Origin: Candidatus Latescibacterota bacterium
GTDB taxonomy: Bacteria > Latescibacterota > UBA2968 > UBA8231
DNA length: 64,000 nt
Direction of reading: 5' to 3'
NCBI GenBank assembly: GCA_965197905.1
Contig: CBDAOB010000003.1
Span: 1,088,001-1,152,000, forward strand
The position numbers and the translations under genes are program-made. Every line of letters begins with the position of its first letter. The stretch's first letter is position 1. Below the pieces are notes generated by a model. The model was not told the origin of the DNA, ran no database searches, and worked only from the letters and a program-made list of their open reading frames with translations. Positions 56,601 to 64,000 of the stretch are shown in pieces.

Positions 56601-56844
56601 AACCGGGTATATCCAGGGGGTGGCGTTTCAACAGATCCAAGAGCAGTTCGGTGAGGTGCTGAGACAACCGGAGCTGATCGTCAGAGGTCGTCTGCAAGCC
56701 AGCGGGGGATGGAGGGGGCTGGTCATGCAGGAAGCCTGGCCCATCGAAGGAATGTTTGGCGGTTATTCCGGTTTTGCCTCGCAGAGTGGGGGAAGAGACC
56801 AGGTGGATGAAGCTCCGATCTCGGCACAACGACAGATGCGGTAG
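53650..56844 (+). CDS. dnaE2: Error-prone DNA polymerase III alpha subunit DnaE2 (ImuC)
   Basis: PHP HLHVRS, GRGSAANS, PDIDIDFD, KLDVLGLRML, YGFCRSHAAAF, RQRPATAKGVMFITLEDETG; ends shortly after the OB fold. Confidence 0.92.
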   Translation: MNFAHLHVRSWFSFLGGGSPPEKLVQRAAQLGFKALALTDRNGVYGAVRFQQACRDAGVHGVIGAEVTVEDTALVLLCMSRKGYANLNRLLTTAHLADRDSPSATLESVKKYHEELYCLTNGRDGRLWELVSRRKTREADLWLQQWHSIFRERLYVELCHGQHQGDSFVVQRIYRLANRHGIATVATNDVRFCRPDDYRVYDLFTCIRHNIRISDPHPDRPHNAEQYLKSEAELRRWIPFPEAFASAAEIAANCSVDLLPEEITPPAAHLPDGISGKKYLTSLCREALPVKYLERKNEAIAQLEKELQVIADLDLQEFFLVVREVVAEARRRGIRCAGRGSAANSIVAYLLDITAVDPIEHNLLFERFLHGGRKGTPDIDIDFDSDRRDEVIEWMEERFGLSQTAMTATLVTYRARSALRDVAKTLGWPLALINELTKLVPGFGIGVIPEFTEQITALLGESPLVHYLLHTVRQLEGCPRHLGLHSGGMVLSRKCLTYFSPTQVSANGVKVLQFDKYDIEALGLVKLDVLGLRMLATLSEAEELVRRHEDPQFDIDTLQLDDPRVYELMCSGRTIGLFQIESQGQMHMLAVNQPSCFDDVIVEVAIFRPGPLQSGMVHPYIRRRQGKEEVVYDHPILEEILEDTYGIILFQEQVLEIAHRFAHMSLEEADDFRALMSKFRDPGEMERMRGKFVAGAMGRGVPEEIAQKVFDQVSHFVGYGFCRSHAAAFARTVYHSAYLKRYNPACYMAAVMEHRPGFYDQGTLEEEAKRFGVDILPPDINCSQIRFDVEPVKKGALAIRKPLTSVRNVSEEDATRIVWGRLAGAYKSVEDLITRVALDRDVLEPLALAGALDKLATSSRDALWQIGVLMNRIDLIRDHAPAHSLFTLPVISSIDIPTLPDLTQVERMTWDHHAHEASRVHPMSLIRRTLKRLGVMPVSGCFRIVPLEQEGKAAEPMVTIAGRVILRQRPATAKGVMFITLEDETGYIQGVAFQQIQEQFGEVLRQPELIVRGRLQASGGWRGLVMQEAWPIEGMFGGYSGFASQSGGRDQVDEAPISAQRQMR

Positions 56845-56876
56845 TGTGGGATCATGCGCCTGTCCGAGTGTGCTAC

Positions 56877-57518
56877 CTACCCGTGCCGCTCCTCTTTCCA
56901 AGGGTCCCCCCGCCGATGATATCCGCGCTGTTCCCAATAGCCCGGCTGGTCGACCGGGCTGAAGATCAGCTTGCGCAGAAACTTCGCCGACTTCCAGGCA
57001 TACAGCTTGGGAACGATGAGGCGCATGGGTCCGCCATGCTCGCGGGAAAGGGGTTCCCCAAAAAGCTCATCTGCAAGGATCACGTCCTCATCTAGGCAGT
57101 CCGCGAGTGGCAGATTGGTGGTGTAATAGTCCGCTCCTTCCGCAATTACGAATCGGGCGGTCGACTTGGGCCGAGCCATGGCGGCGAGATCGACGAACCT
57201 GACACCGTTCCACTTCACGTCGAATTTTGACCAGGTAGTAACGCAATGAAAATCGGAAACCTGCTCGCAGCGGGGTAGCTGACGGAACTGCTCCCAGTCC
57301 AACTCCAGCGTCTCTTCCACTTCCCCTTCAACCTTCAAACGCCACCGAGGTTCGTAGAATTTGGGCCGCACGCCCAGATCCAGGACCGGAAACCCGGTCG
57401 TCACGTGCTGACCGGGCGGCAGTCGTTCCACGTCCGGATCGGCCTGACGGGGAGCCTGCTTCTTGAACCGCTCCAGCAGTTTCCTCTTGGCCTCGATCAT
57501 TTTCTGGTTGTATTCCAC
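56877..57518 (-). CDS. Sulfite oxidase-like molybdopterin oxidoreductase (YuiH/MsrP-like, no export signal)
   Basis: RLPPGQ, DFHCVTTWS, HGGPMRLIVP.LYAWKSAK, GYWE.RGYH; start uncertain. Confidence 0.87.
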   Translation of the reverse strand: MEYNQKMIEAKRKLLERFKKQAPRQADPDVERLPPGQHVTTGFPVLDLGVRPKFYEPRWRLKVEGEVEETLELDWEQFRQLPRCEQVSDFHCVTTWSKFDVKWNGVRFVDLAAMARPKSTARFVIAEGADYYTTNLPLADCLDEDVILADELFGEPLSREHGGPMRLIVPKLYAWKSAKFLRKLIFSPVDQPGYWEQRGYHRRGDPWKEERHG

Positions 57519-57540
57519 GTTCCGAATTTTTCGATGATGC

Positions 57541-57576
57541 AACAGAAAACCCCCGTCATCGCGGCGACGGGGGTTT
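57541..57576 (-). terminator. Rho-independent terminator after the DUF5343-like gene
   Basis: AAACCCCCGTC / GACGGGGGTTT stem followed by a U-rich tail on the minus strand; may be bidirectional. Confidence 0.8.
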
Positions 57577-57601
57577 CAGTTTTGTCGTAAGCGCGTGTCT
57601 T

Positions 57602-58384
57602 TCAGGCGCGCCGAATTCGATCCAGGAGCCGTTCCAAGCGGTCGAACGCCACGCGCATCATCTCTTCGTCCCAGTCGCCGTCCACGTTGATGCTGACGAT
57701 TTTCTGCACCGCTTCCAAATACGCCTTCTGCGACTCCGTCAACACGCGAGCGAATGACGCGCGATCTTGCCCCCTGTCCGCGGAGCGATCGTTTCCTCCA
57801 GAGCGCTCGTTTCCTCCGGACCGCTCAGGTTGCGGCTGGCCCCGCCCCTCCCCGCGGCTCGGCTCCGAGCTTGCTCTCGCCGGTTCGGGCGGTGGCGAAT
57901 CGGCGGTTTCTGCATCGCCGCCCCCGTTCTGCGAGCCATAGTTGGACTCAGTGATCAAGTATTTGAAAAACATCTTCATCTTGTTGGCGGAATCTCGACC
58001 CACCCCAGTGCGTTCGGTGAAAAAGGAGACGATGTTGTTGTCGGAAACCTTGCCGTTTCCTTCGTTCCACTGTTCCAGCAATTCGGGATACAGATCCTGG
58101 AGAACCTCGATCAGCGCCTGTTTTCGCGACTCCTGATCCACCAGGCGCTGCAAAAGATCGGTGGGCTGCTGGTCGCGGTCGATCAGATTCATCGCTTCGA
58201 TGCCCCGTAAAAAACGGTGGATCATGGAGGGGGTGCGAATGATAGCCTGCATATAGTCGCGATCGATCTGCTCGGGAATATTGCGCTCCAGTCGCGACAG
58301 GAACTTGTCGAACTGGACCTTGGTCACGTAGGGATACCAGGTTCGGCTCGCTTTATCCTGGCCTTCGCCGCTGTCTTCAGTCAT
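57602..58384 (-). CDS. DUF5343-like protein with low-complexity linker
   Basis: YPYV..F..L..P..ID, G..AMNLID..PT, LYP N-terminal domain; ERSGGN repeats. Confidence 0.6.
   Translation of the reverse strand: MTEDSGEGQDKASRTWYPYVTKVQFDKFLSRLERNIPEQIDRDYMQAIIRTPSMIHRFLRGIEAMNLIDRDQQPTDLLQRLVDQESRKQALIEVLQDLYPELLEQWNEGNGKVSDNNIVSFFTERTGVGRDSANKMKMFFKYLITESNYGSQNGGGDAETADSPPPEPARASSEPSRGEGRGQPQPERSGGNERSGGNDRSADRGQDRASFARVLTESQKAYLEAVQKIVSINVDGDWDEEMMRVAFDRLERLLDRIRRA
57783..57826. repeat. 18-bp tandem repeat (about 2.4 copies, encodes ERSGGN)
   Basis: GAGCGATCGTTTCCTCCA GAGCGCTCGTTTCCTCCG GACCGCTC. Confidence 0.75.
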
Positions 58385-58455
58385 TTTCGTTTCTCCGCAT
58401 TTGTGCTCGACACGCCCTCCCTTGTCGCAGACGTTCTGCGCTCAATCTACCTTCG

Positions 58456-58809
58456 TTAGCCCGGGTGTCTCGCTGTTACAATCGTCTTGATGCCGCCGCG
58501 CACGTTGAATTCGCCGACGACAGTCATATTGTGCGGTGCGCAAGCGGCCACGAGATCGTCCAGGATCTTGTTGGTGACCGCTTCGTAGAATATCCCTTCC
58601 TGGCGGTACGACCAGAGATACAGCTTCAGTGATTTGAGCTCGATACAGCTGCGGTCAGGGATGTAACTGATGCGTATGATGCCGAAATCCGGCTGTCCGG
58701 TATTGGGGCAGACCGAAGTGAATTCCGGGCACTCTGCATCGATGGAATACTCCCGATTGGGATTGGGATTGGGGAAGGTCTCAAGGATACCGGCAGCGGC
58801 CGAACTCAT
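58456..58809 (-). CDS. queF: NADPH-dependent preQ0 reductase QueF
   Basis: PEFTSVCP.TGQPDF, ELKSLKLY, RGGI. Confidence 0.95.
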   Translation of the reverse strand: MSSAAAGILETFPNPNPNREYSIDAECPEFTSVCPNTGQPDFGIIRISYIPDRSCIELKSLKLYLWSYRQEGIFYEAVTNKILDDLVAACAPHNMTVVGEFNVRGGIKTIVTARHPG

Positions 58810-58869
58810 GAATTTCTTGCCTCGATCCAAAGGTAGTCGTTTTGCGGCGGTCCACAAGCGGATCGCGAC

Positions 58870-59547
58870 TCACGCGTAGCGGATCGGGTCGGCTATTCCG
58901 GCCCGCTCGAAACCCGCACGGCGCAACCGACAGCTGTGGCAACGGCCACACGCCAGATCTTCTCTCTGGTAACACGACCAGGTGAGATGGAGTGGGGCTT
59001 CCAGCTCGACCCCCCGCCGGACGATCCCCTCTTTATCCAGGGCAAGCAGGGGTGTCATCACCTCAATTTTTGTTTGTGGCCTGGTACCGGTCTCAATGAG
59101 ATGGTTGAAGGACACGAAGAACTCCGGCCGGCAGTCGGGGTAGATGTTTTCGGCGGCGTGTGCACCTATGAAGATCTCGCGGCATTCGAGCGTTTCTGCC
59201 CAAGCTACCGCAATGCCCAGTAGGTTGGCGTTGCGAAACGGAACGTAGGTGTTGGGATTCTCTTCTGGTGCGGAACCTTGAGGGATTTCCATCGCGTGAT
59301 CAACGAGGCTAGAACCGCCGATCTGCCGCATGAACGAGACGTCGGTTGTAAGACGGTGCTGCACTTCGTAATGCTCCGCCAAATCGGAAAATGACTGCAG
59401 CTCCCGGCGCTCGGTGCGTTGGCCGTAATTCAGATGGAGGAAAGCCATCGTGTGGGAGCGGGCGGCGATGGCGGCGGCTACACAGCTGTCCAGGCCGCCG
59501 CTGATGAGAACGACCGCCGTTGGTGCCGATGAAGGATTGCCAATCAT
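58870..59547 (-). CDS. queC: 7-cyano-7-deazaguanine synthase QueC
   Basis: SGGLDS, YGQR, YVPFRN, YPDCR, TWSCY..CG.C.SC. Confidence 0.95.
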   Translation of the reverse strand: MIGNPSSAPTAVVLISGGLDSCVAAAIAARSHTMAFLHLNYGQRTERRELQSFSDLAEHYEVQHRLTTDVSFMRQIGGSSLVDHAMEIPQGSAPEENPNTYVPFRNANLLGIAVAWAETLECREIFIGAHAAENIYPDCRPEFFVSFNHLIETGTRPQTKIEVMTPLLALDKEGIVRRGVELEAPLHLTWSCYQREDLACGRCHSCRLRRAGFERAGIADPIRYA

Positions 59548-59695
59548 GGTAATATCTGGGTGAGGCGGGGAGAATAAACGAGGGTCGAGTACGGGTCAAC
59601 ATCGGGACACCAGGCTCTCACTGCGATCGTATTGACTTTCGGTTGCCCGGCGGTAGATTCTCAAGGGCTCACCAGTTATCCCGTCCTGGAGTTCG

Positions 59696-60970
59696 ATGGC
59701 ATTCTCCCAGTTCGATCGCGTTCCAAATCATTACGCCGGCACCATTATCCAACGGGTGAAGGAAATGCGCCTGGAACACGGCAAGCGATCTTTGCTCCCT
59801 ACTGTGCTCCGGGTCGGCGAGCTGGAATTCCTGATCCCCCGTTACTTCGGCTTTTGCTTCGGCGTCGAGCGCGCGATTCATATGGCGTTTGCTGCCCTCG
59901 ACAAGAACCCTGATCGCCACATCAACCTGGTCAGCCAGATCATCCACAATCCGGTGGTCAACAACGACCTCCAGGAACGTGGGATTCGTTTCGTTTACGA
60001 CGAGAATGGGAAACGCAACATTCCCGAGGGTGAGATCTCTGACGAAGACGTGGTGCTGATCCCGGCGTTCGGGACGACACTGGAAATCGAATCGTCTCTG
60101 CGGCAAAGCGGCATCGATACCTCGTCTAGGGAGTTTCGCGAGAATTACGACACCACCTGCCCGTTCGTTTCAAAGGTCTGGGACCGGGGCGAGGAGCTGG
60201 CTCTCGAGGGTTATACCATTATAATCCACGGCAAGTTCCGCCATGAAGAAACCCAGGCGACCCAGTCCCATACCAAGACCCACGGCCATACCCTGGTGGT
60301 CTTCAACGAGGCGGAAGCAGCTCAGGTCCATGATTTCATTGTTGGGAAGTTGAAGCTGGAGGATTTCCGTGAAACTTTCGACGGCAAGTCGTCCGCCGAT
60401 TTCGATCCCGAGCGGGATTTGGAGCGGGTCGCCGTGGTCAACCAGACTACCATGCTGGCAGAGGAGACCCGCGAGGTGGCGTCGATCGTTCGCGCCGCGA
60501 TGGTGGAAAAGTACGGTGATGAGAATCTGGAATATCACTTCGCCGACACCAACGACACCTTGTGTTACGCCACCAACCAGAATCAGAACGCCACCAAGAG
60601 CGTTCTAGATGCCGGCGCCGACGTAGCGGTCATCGTCGGCGGATACAACAGTTCGAATACTTCCCACCTGGTGGAAATCTGCTCACAGGTCATGCCCAGC
60701 TACCTTATCGCCAGCAGCGCCGAGCTGCTCTCCAACCGGCGCCTGCGCCATTTCGACATCGAAACGAAGGAAGTTGTCGAAACCGAGGGCTGGCTTCCCC
60801 AAGATCCCAGCACTCGCATCGTGGTCACCTCGGGGGCTTCCTGTCCCGACGTGCTGATGAACGAGGTGGTCGAAAAGATCGCCGGTTTCTACGGCTACGG
60901 CCGCGAAGCGATCGAGCAGGGTCTCAAGAATCTGAGCCTGCTGGATGTGGGCAATACGCAAACGGCATAA
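59696..60970 (+). CDS. ispH: 4-hydroxy-3-methylbut-2-enyl diphosphate reductase
   Basis: GFCFGVERA, IHNP, DTTCPFV, NQTT, TLCYAT, SSNT, SGASCP. Confidence 0.95.
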   Translation: MAFSQFDRVPNHYAGTIIQRVKEMRLEHGKRSLLPTVLRVGELEFLIPRYFGFCFGVERAIHMAFAALDKNPDRHINLVSQIIHNPVVNNDLQERGIRFVYDENGKRNIPEGEISDEDVVLIPAFGTTLEIESSLRQSGIDTSSREFRENYDTTCPFVSKVWDRGEELALEGYTIIIHGKFRHEETQATQSHTKTHGHTLVVFNEAEAAQVHDFIVGKLKLEDFRETFDGKSSADFDPERDLERVAVVNQTTMLAEETREVASIVRAAMVEKYGDENLEYHFADTNDTLCYATNQNQNATKSVLDAGADVAVIVGGYNSSNTSHLVEICSQVMPSYLIASSAELLSNRRLRHFDIETKEVVETEGWLPQDPSTRIVVTSGASCPDVLMNEVVEKIAGFYGYGREAIEQGLKNLSLLDVGNTQTA

Positions 60971-61083
60971 CGCAGCCGGGCGCGCAGCGATTGATCTCCG
61001 CGCATCGATTCCCCATACCTTCGAACAGCCGTAAACAGTTTGCCCAGTTACCCTTAACGCGCCAGCTGGGGTGGCTTCGGGAG

Positions 61084-61125
61084 CATGCCACCACCTTGAC
61101 AGGCATGGGGAGGTATGGCTAATAT
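61084..61125 (+). promoter_or_regulatory. Putative BMC operon promoter with an inverted repeat around the -35 box
   Basis: TTGACA(61096)-N18-TAATAT(61120); CATGCC-N12-GGCATG flanks the -35. Confidence 0.5.
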
Positions 61126-61137
61126 GAAGGCGGCGTT

Positions 61138-61149
61138 CCCCCCCCCCCC
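61138..61149 (+). repeat. C12 homopolymer in the BMC operon leader
   Basis: 12 consecutive C ending 18 nt before ATG 61168. Confidence 0.85.
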
Positions 61150-61167
61150 AATCTCACTCTACGGAAC

Positions 61168-61470
61168 ATGCTTCTCGCACAGGTCAAAGGCCACGTTGTA
61201 TCCAGTGCCAAGATCGACAGTTTGACGGGAAAAAAGCTGTTGCTCGTAGAGATCGTTACCGTGCGCGACGAGGGTTTGGAGCGCACCGAGCGCCACATGG
61301 TTTGCGTCGATGCGGTGGGAGCTGGAGAACGGGAACTGGTGCTGGTCGTCATGGGAAGCTCAGCTCGCGTCGCCCCCCATCTCGGCGACGTACCCACGGA
61401 TGCGGTCATCGTCGGCATCATCGATTCGCTCCAGGCGTTCGGTCGCGACATGGAGTTGGCGGACGCATGA
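61168..61470 (+). CDS. eutN: BMC vertex protein (EutN/CcmL, BMC-P)
   Basis: MLLAQVKGHVVSS.K..KLLLV..DAVGAG..GSSAR..DAVIVGIID. Confidence 0.93.
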   Translation: MLLAQVKGHVVSSAKIDSLTGKKLLLVEIVTVRDEGLERTERHMVCVDAVGAGERELVLVVMGSSARVAPHLGDVPTDAVIVGIIDSLQAFGRDMELADA

Positions 61471-61721
61471 AGCGGTGCCGCGTGATTGGCAACGTGGTTT
61501 CCAGTTCTAAACATCCGGCGCTGGCTGGCAAGAAGCTTTTGTTGGTCAGACATCACGAAGAGACCGGCGATCCTGACCCCGGGATTGGCCTCGCCGTGGA
61601 TGGTGCTGGTGCCGGGATCGGCGATGATGTGATCGTCAGCGAATCCGGCGAAGCGGGCCGCGCCGTTACGCGTATCGAATATCCTCCCCTGCGCAGTGTA
61701 ATCGTCGGCATTGTGGACTGA
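61467..61721 (+). CDS. BMC vertex protein (EutN/CcmL, BMC-P)
   Basis: MKRCRVIGNVVSS.KHP.L.GKKLL..D..GAGIGD..IVGIVD; ATGA overlap. Confidence 0.9.
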   Translation: MKRCRVIGNVVSSSKHPALAGKKLLLVRHHEETGDPDPGIGLAVDGAGAGIGDDVIVSESGEAGRAVTRIEYPPLRSVIVGIVD

Positions 61722-61724
61722 TCA

Positions 61725-62009
61725 ATGAAGCTTAATAGGGTCATTGGCACGGTGGTCCTGTCACGGTGCATCGAGCCGTTCAAGGGCAGGACCCTACACG
61801 TGACGCAGGATCTGAACGAGAGGCTCGAGCTGGTGGGCGATGCGGATGTCAGCATGGCCTGGGAACCGGTTCGCGAAGGGGAACTGGCCATTGTCGAGAT
61901 CGCGCGGGAAAGCGCCAATGCGTTCGATCCCCCCGTGCCCACCGACTCCGTTATTCTCGGCAGGGTCGACCGGGTTCACATCGATGAGAGATATAGCGGA
62001 GGTAAGTAG
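61725..62009 (+). CDS. Divergent BMC vertex protein (BMC-P)
   Basis: MKLNRVIGTVVLS..RE...F..P.DSVILG.VD. Confidence 0.78.
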   Translation: MKLNRVIGTVVLSRCIEPFKGRTLHVTQDLNERLELVGDADVSMAWEPVREGELAIVEIARESANAFDPPVPTDSVILGRVDRVHIDERYSGGK

Positions 62010-62567
62010 ATGGCAGACGCAATCGGAATGGTAGAAACGGTCGGGTTCGTTGGGGCGGTGGAAGCGGGTGACGCGATGAGCAAAGCGGCGCAAGTTACGT
62101 TGACCGGATGGGACAAGATTGGGGCGGGTCTGACGTCGGTGTTCTGCGAAGGTGACGTGGCGGCGGTCAAATCGGCGGTCGATGCGGGGGCGCAGGCGGC
62201 GGCAAAGGTGGGAACGGTGCACAGCGCTCACGTGATTCCGCGGCCGCACTCCGAGTTGGAGTCGGTCTTGCCTTCAGCGTCCAAGGGAAACGGGGTGGTG
62301 GTTCAGGCGCTGGGGCTGGTGGAGACGCGGGGCTCGACCGGCGTGATCGAGGCGGCGGACGCCATGAGCAAAGCGGCAGATGTAGAGGTGGTGAAGATCG
62401 CCGAGATTGGCGGCGGTTATATCACGGTGTTGGTGACCGGGGATGTGGGATCGGTAAAATCGGCGGTGAGTGCTGGATCGGAAGCAGCGGAACGTGTCGG
62501 CGAGCTGGTCTCTCAACACGTTATCCCGCGCCCGTCGGACGAGGTCGCCTCGTTGTATCTAAGTTGA
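62010..62567 (+). CDS. Tandem-domain BMC shell protein
   Basis: Two copies of G.VET.G....EA.DAM.KAA.V..GDV..VK.AV..HVIPRP. Confidence 0.92.
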   Translation: MADAIGMVETVGFVGAVEAGDAMSKAAQVTLTGWDKIGAGLTSVFCEGDVAAVKSAVDAGAQAAAKVGTVHSAHVIPRPHSELESVLPSASKGNGVVVQALGLVETRGSTGVIEAADAMSKAADVEVVKIAEIGGGYITVLVTGDVGSVKSAVSAGSEAAERVGELVSQHVIPRPSDEVASLYLS

Positions 62568-62581
62568 AAGGGAAGGATTAG

Positions 62582-62845
62582 ATGAAGGCACTAGGTATGG
62601 TGGAGACCAAGGGTCTTGCGTGTATGGTAGAGGCGCTGGATGCGATGTTGAAGACCGCTGATGTCAAATACGTAGCTCAAAAACGAGTAGGAGCGGGTCT
62701 TGTGATGGTGATGGTGGAAGGCGATGTGGCGGCGGTGAAGGCAGCCGTGGATGCGGGCGCGCAAGCGGCGCAGCGAATCGGCGAACTGCGTAGCGTGCAC
62801 GTCATTCCACGGCCGATCGAAGGACTCCGGGCGCAGCTGAATTGA
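62582..62845 (+). CDS. BMC hexamer shell protein (EutM/PduA-like)
   Basis: [30 protein letters not shown]. Confidence 0.95.
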   Translation: MKALGMVETKGLACMVEALDAMLKTADVKYVAQKRVGAGLVMVMVEGDVAAVKAAVDAGAQAAQRIGELRSVHVIPRPIEGLRAQLN

Positions 62846-62874
62846 TGTGCACGCCCTGCTGAGAGTGCACTAGC

Positions 62875-64000
62875 GTGACCCAGAAGGTGAACGAAGACCA
62901 GGTCAGGGAGATCGTCGCCGAGGTCGTCAGCCGGGTGCTTGCGGCGCACAGCACTGAACCTGACTCGGGGTTATCGTCCCAGGTGGGCGGCGTTTTCGGG
63001 GACGCGGATGCGGCAGTGGCTGCTGCCCGCCGGGCTCAGGGGCAGTTGCTGTCGATGACGCTGGTAGACCGGAAGCGGATCATCGAAGCCATTCGCGATA
63101 CTCTGCACTCAGAGGCGGAGAGTTTCGCTCGGCGCACCCTCGAAGAGACCGGCATGGGCCGGCTCGAGGACAAGATCCGCAAACACCATGTGGCCGCAGA
63201 TACGACGCCCGGGGTCGAAGACCTGCATGCTGTTTCGTGGACCGGGGATCACGGCCTCACGGTGGTGGAGATGGCGCCGTATGGCGTAATCGCGGCGATA
63301 ACGCCATCCACCCATCCGGTGCCCACCATGGCAAGCAATGCCATCGGCATTGTCGCGGCGGGCAACGCGGCGGTTTTCAATGCTCACCCTGCCGCCAAAA
63401 AGATCTCCGCTGCCGCAGTCCAACAGCTAAACACCGCCATCGTAGAAGCGGGCGGCCCTGCCAACCTGATTACCATCATCGAACATCCAACCGTCGAGAG
63501 TGCTACTGAACTGTTCAACCACGCCGGCGTCGACGTCATACTGGTAACCGGCGGTCCCGCCGTCGCTCGAGCGGCCATGAGCTGTCCCAAGAAGGCGATC
63601 GTAGCGGGGCCCGGCAACCCACCTGTTGTCGTCGACGAAACGGCAGACCTGGAACGGGCGGCCCGGGACATCGTCGACGGCGCATCCTTCGACAACAATC
63701 TGCTCTGCATCGGCGAGAAGCAGGTGTTCGTCGTGGATTCGGTGGCTGACAGCCTGAAATCGCTCATGGTGCGGTACAGCGCTTACGAGCTCAACCCGGA
63801 GCAGATCGAACAACTCGTGCGGGAGGCGTTCGTCAGCGAGGGGAGCGGCGAACCCCGCGTGAATCGCGAGCTGGTGGGGCGCGACGCCGCGGTGCTGGGT
63901 GCCCGCATCGGTTTGCAGCTGGAAGACTCGCTGCGACTATTGATCGGCGAAACCGATGCCGGCCACATCTTCGTGCGGGAAGAGCAGATGATGCCGTTCG
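62875..64000 (+). CDS. BMC-associated acylating aldehyde dehydrogenase (EutE/PduP-like), runs off the window end
   Basis: Translated by hand from GTG 62875 (not in the ORF track): encapsulation-peptide-like NEDQVREIVAEVVSRVL, then ETGMGR, TPGVEDL, GPGNPPVVVDETAD, FDNNLLCIGEK. Confidence 0.9.
   Translation, partial: MTQKVNEDQVREIVAEVVSRVLAAHSTEPDSGLSSQVGGVFGDADAAVAAARRAQGQLLSMTLVDRKRIIEAIRDTLHSEAESFARRTLEETGMGRLEDKIRKHHVAADTTPGVEDLHAVSWTGDHGLTVVEMAPYGVIAAITPSTHPVPTMASNAIGIVAAGNAAVFNAHPAAKKISAAAVQQLNTAIVEAGGPANLITIIEHPTVESATELFNHAGVDVILVTGGPAVARAAMSCPKKAIVAGPGNPPVVVDETADLERAARDIVDGASFDNNLLCIGEKQVFVVDSVADSLKSLMVRYSAYELNPEQIEQLVREAFVSEGSGEPRVNRELVGRDAAVLGARIGLQLEDSLRLLIGETDAGHIFVREEQMMPF

Noticed and set aside
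57783..57826. Short tandem repeat as a possible CRISPR or regulatory array
   Set aside because: In-frame coding repeat in a low-complexity linker, with no spacers
58456..59547. queC/queF as a DNA-modification or QatABCD-type defence system
   Set aside because: Canonical QueC and QueF with no dpdA, TatD or ATPase neighbours; ordinary queuosine synthesis
59548..59695. Expected preQ1 riboswitch upstream of queC
   Set aside because: No preQ1-I stem-loop with an A-rich tail is visible

Overview
GC-rich bacterial chromosomal window with about 58 protein-coding genes. I see no rRNA, tRNA, CRISPR array or transposase. Gene content (FlgD-Ig/T9SS-like secreted protein, paralogous beta-propeller hydrolases, BMC locus, Fibrobacter-type LexA box) suggests an FCB-affiliated organism such as Latescibacterota or Gemmatimonadota; this is inference only. 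In order the window holds: MscS, SMUG1-type uracil-DNA glycosylase, korAB, two aldo-keto reductases, a DUF362/hydroxyacid dehydrogenase/amidase/GNAT operon, tandem metallophosphoesterase-PQQ-propeller genes, a sulfotransferase/GT4/flippase group, a dimethylglycine oxidase-SDMT-BCCT betaine cluster, a PhyH dioxygenase, orphan lsrF, two receiver-HDOD proteins, a lower-GC islet with two paralogous HTH-pentapeptide-repeat proteins, an imuB-DUF6504-dnaE2 mutagenesis cassette, queFC, ispH and the start of a bacterial microcompartment operon. Best novelty candidates: the pentapeptide-repeat/HTH pair with TGCA palindromes (45423-48245), a 131-nt Y-shaped structured element (34049-34179), the LexA box on the mutasome cassette, and a C12 tract in the BMC leader. 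Several genes carry single-base frameshifts that may be assembly errors. All product calls come from motif recognition, not database searches.
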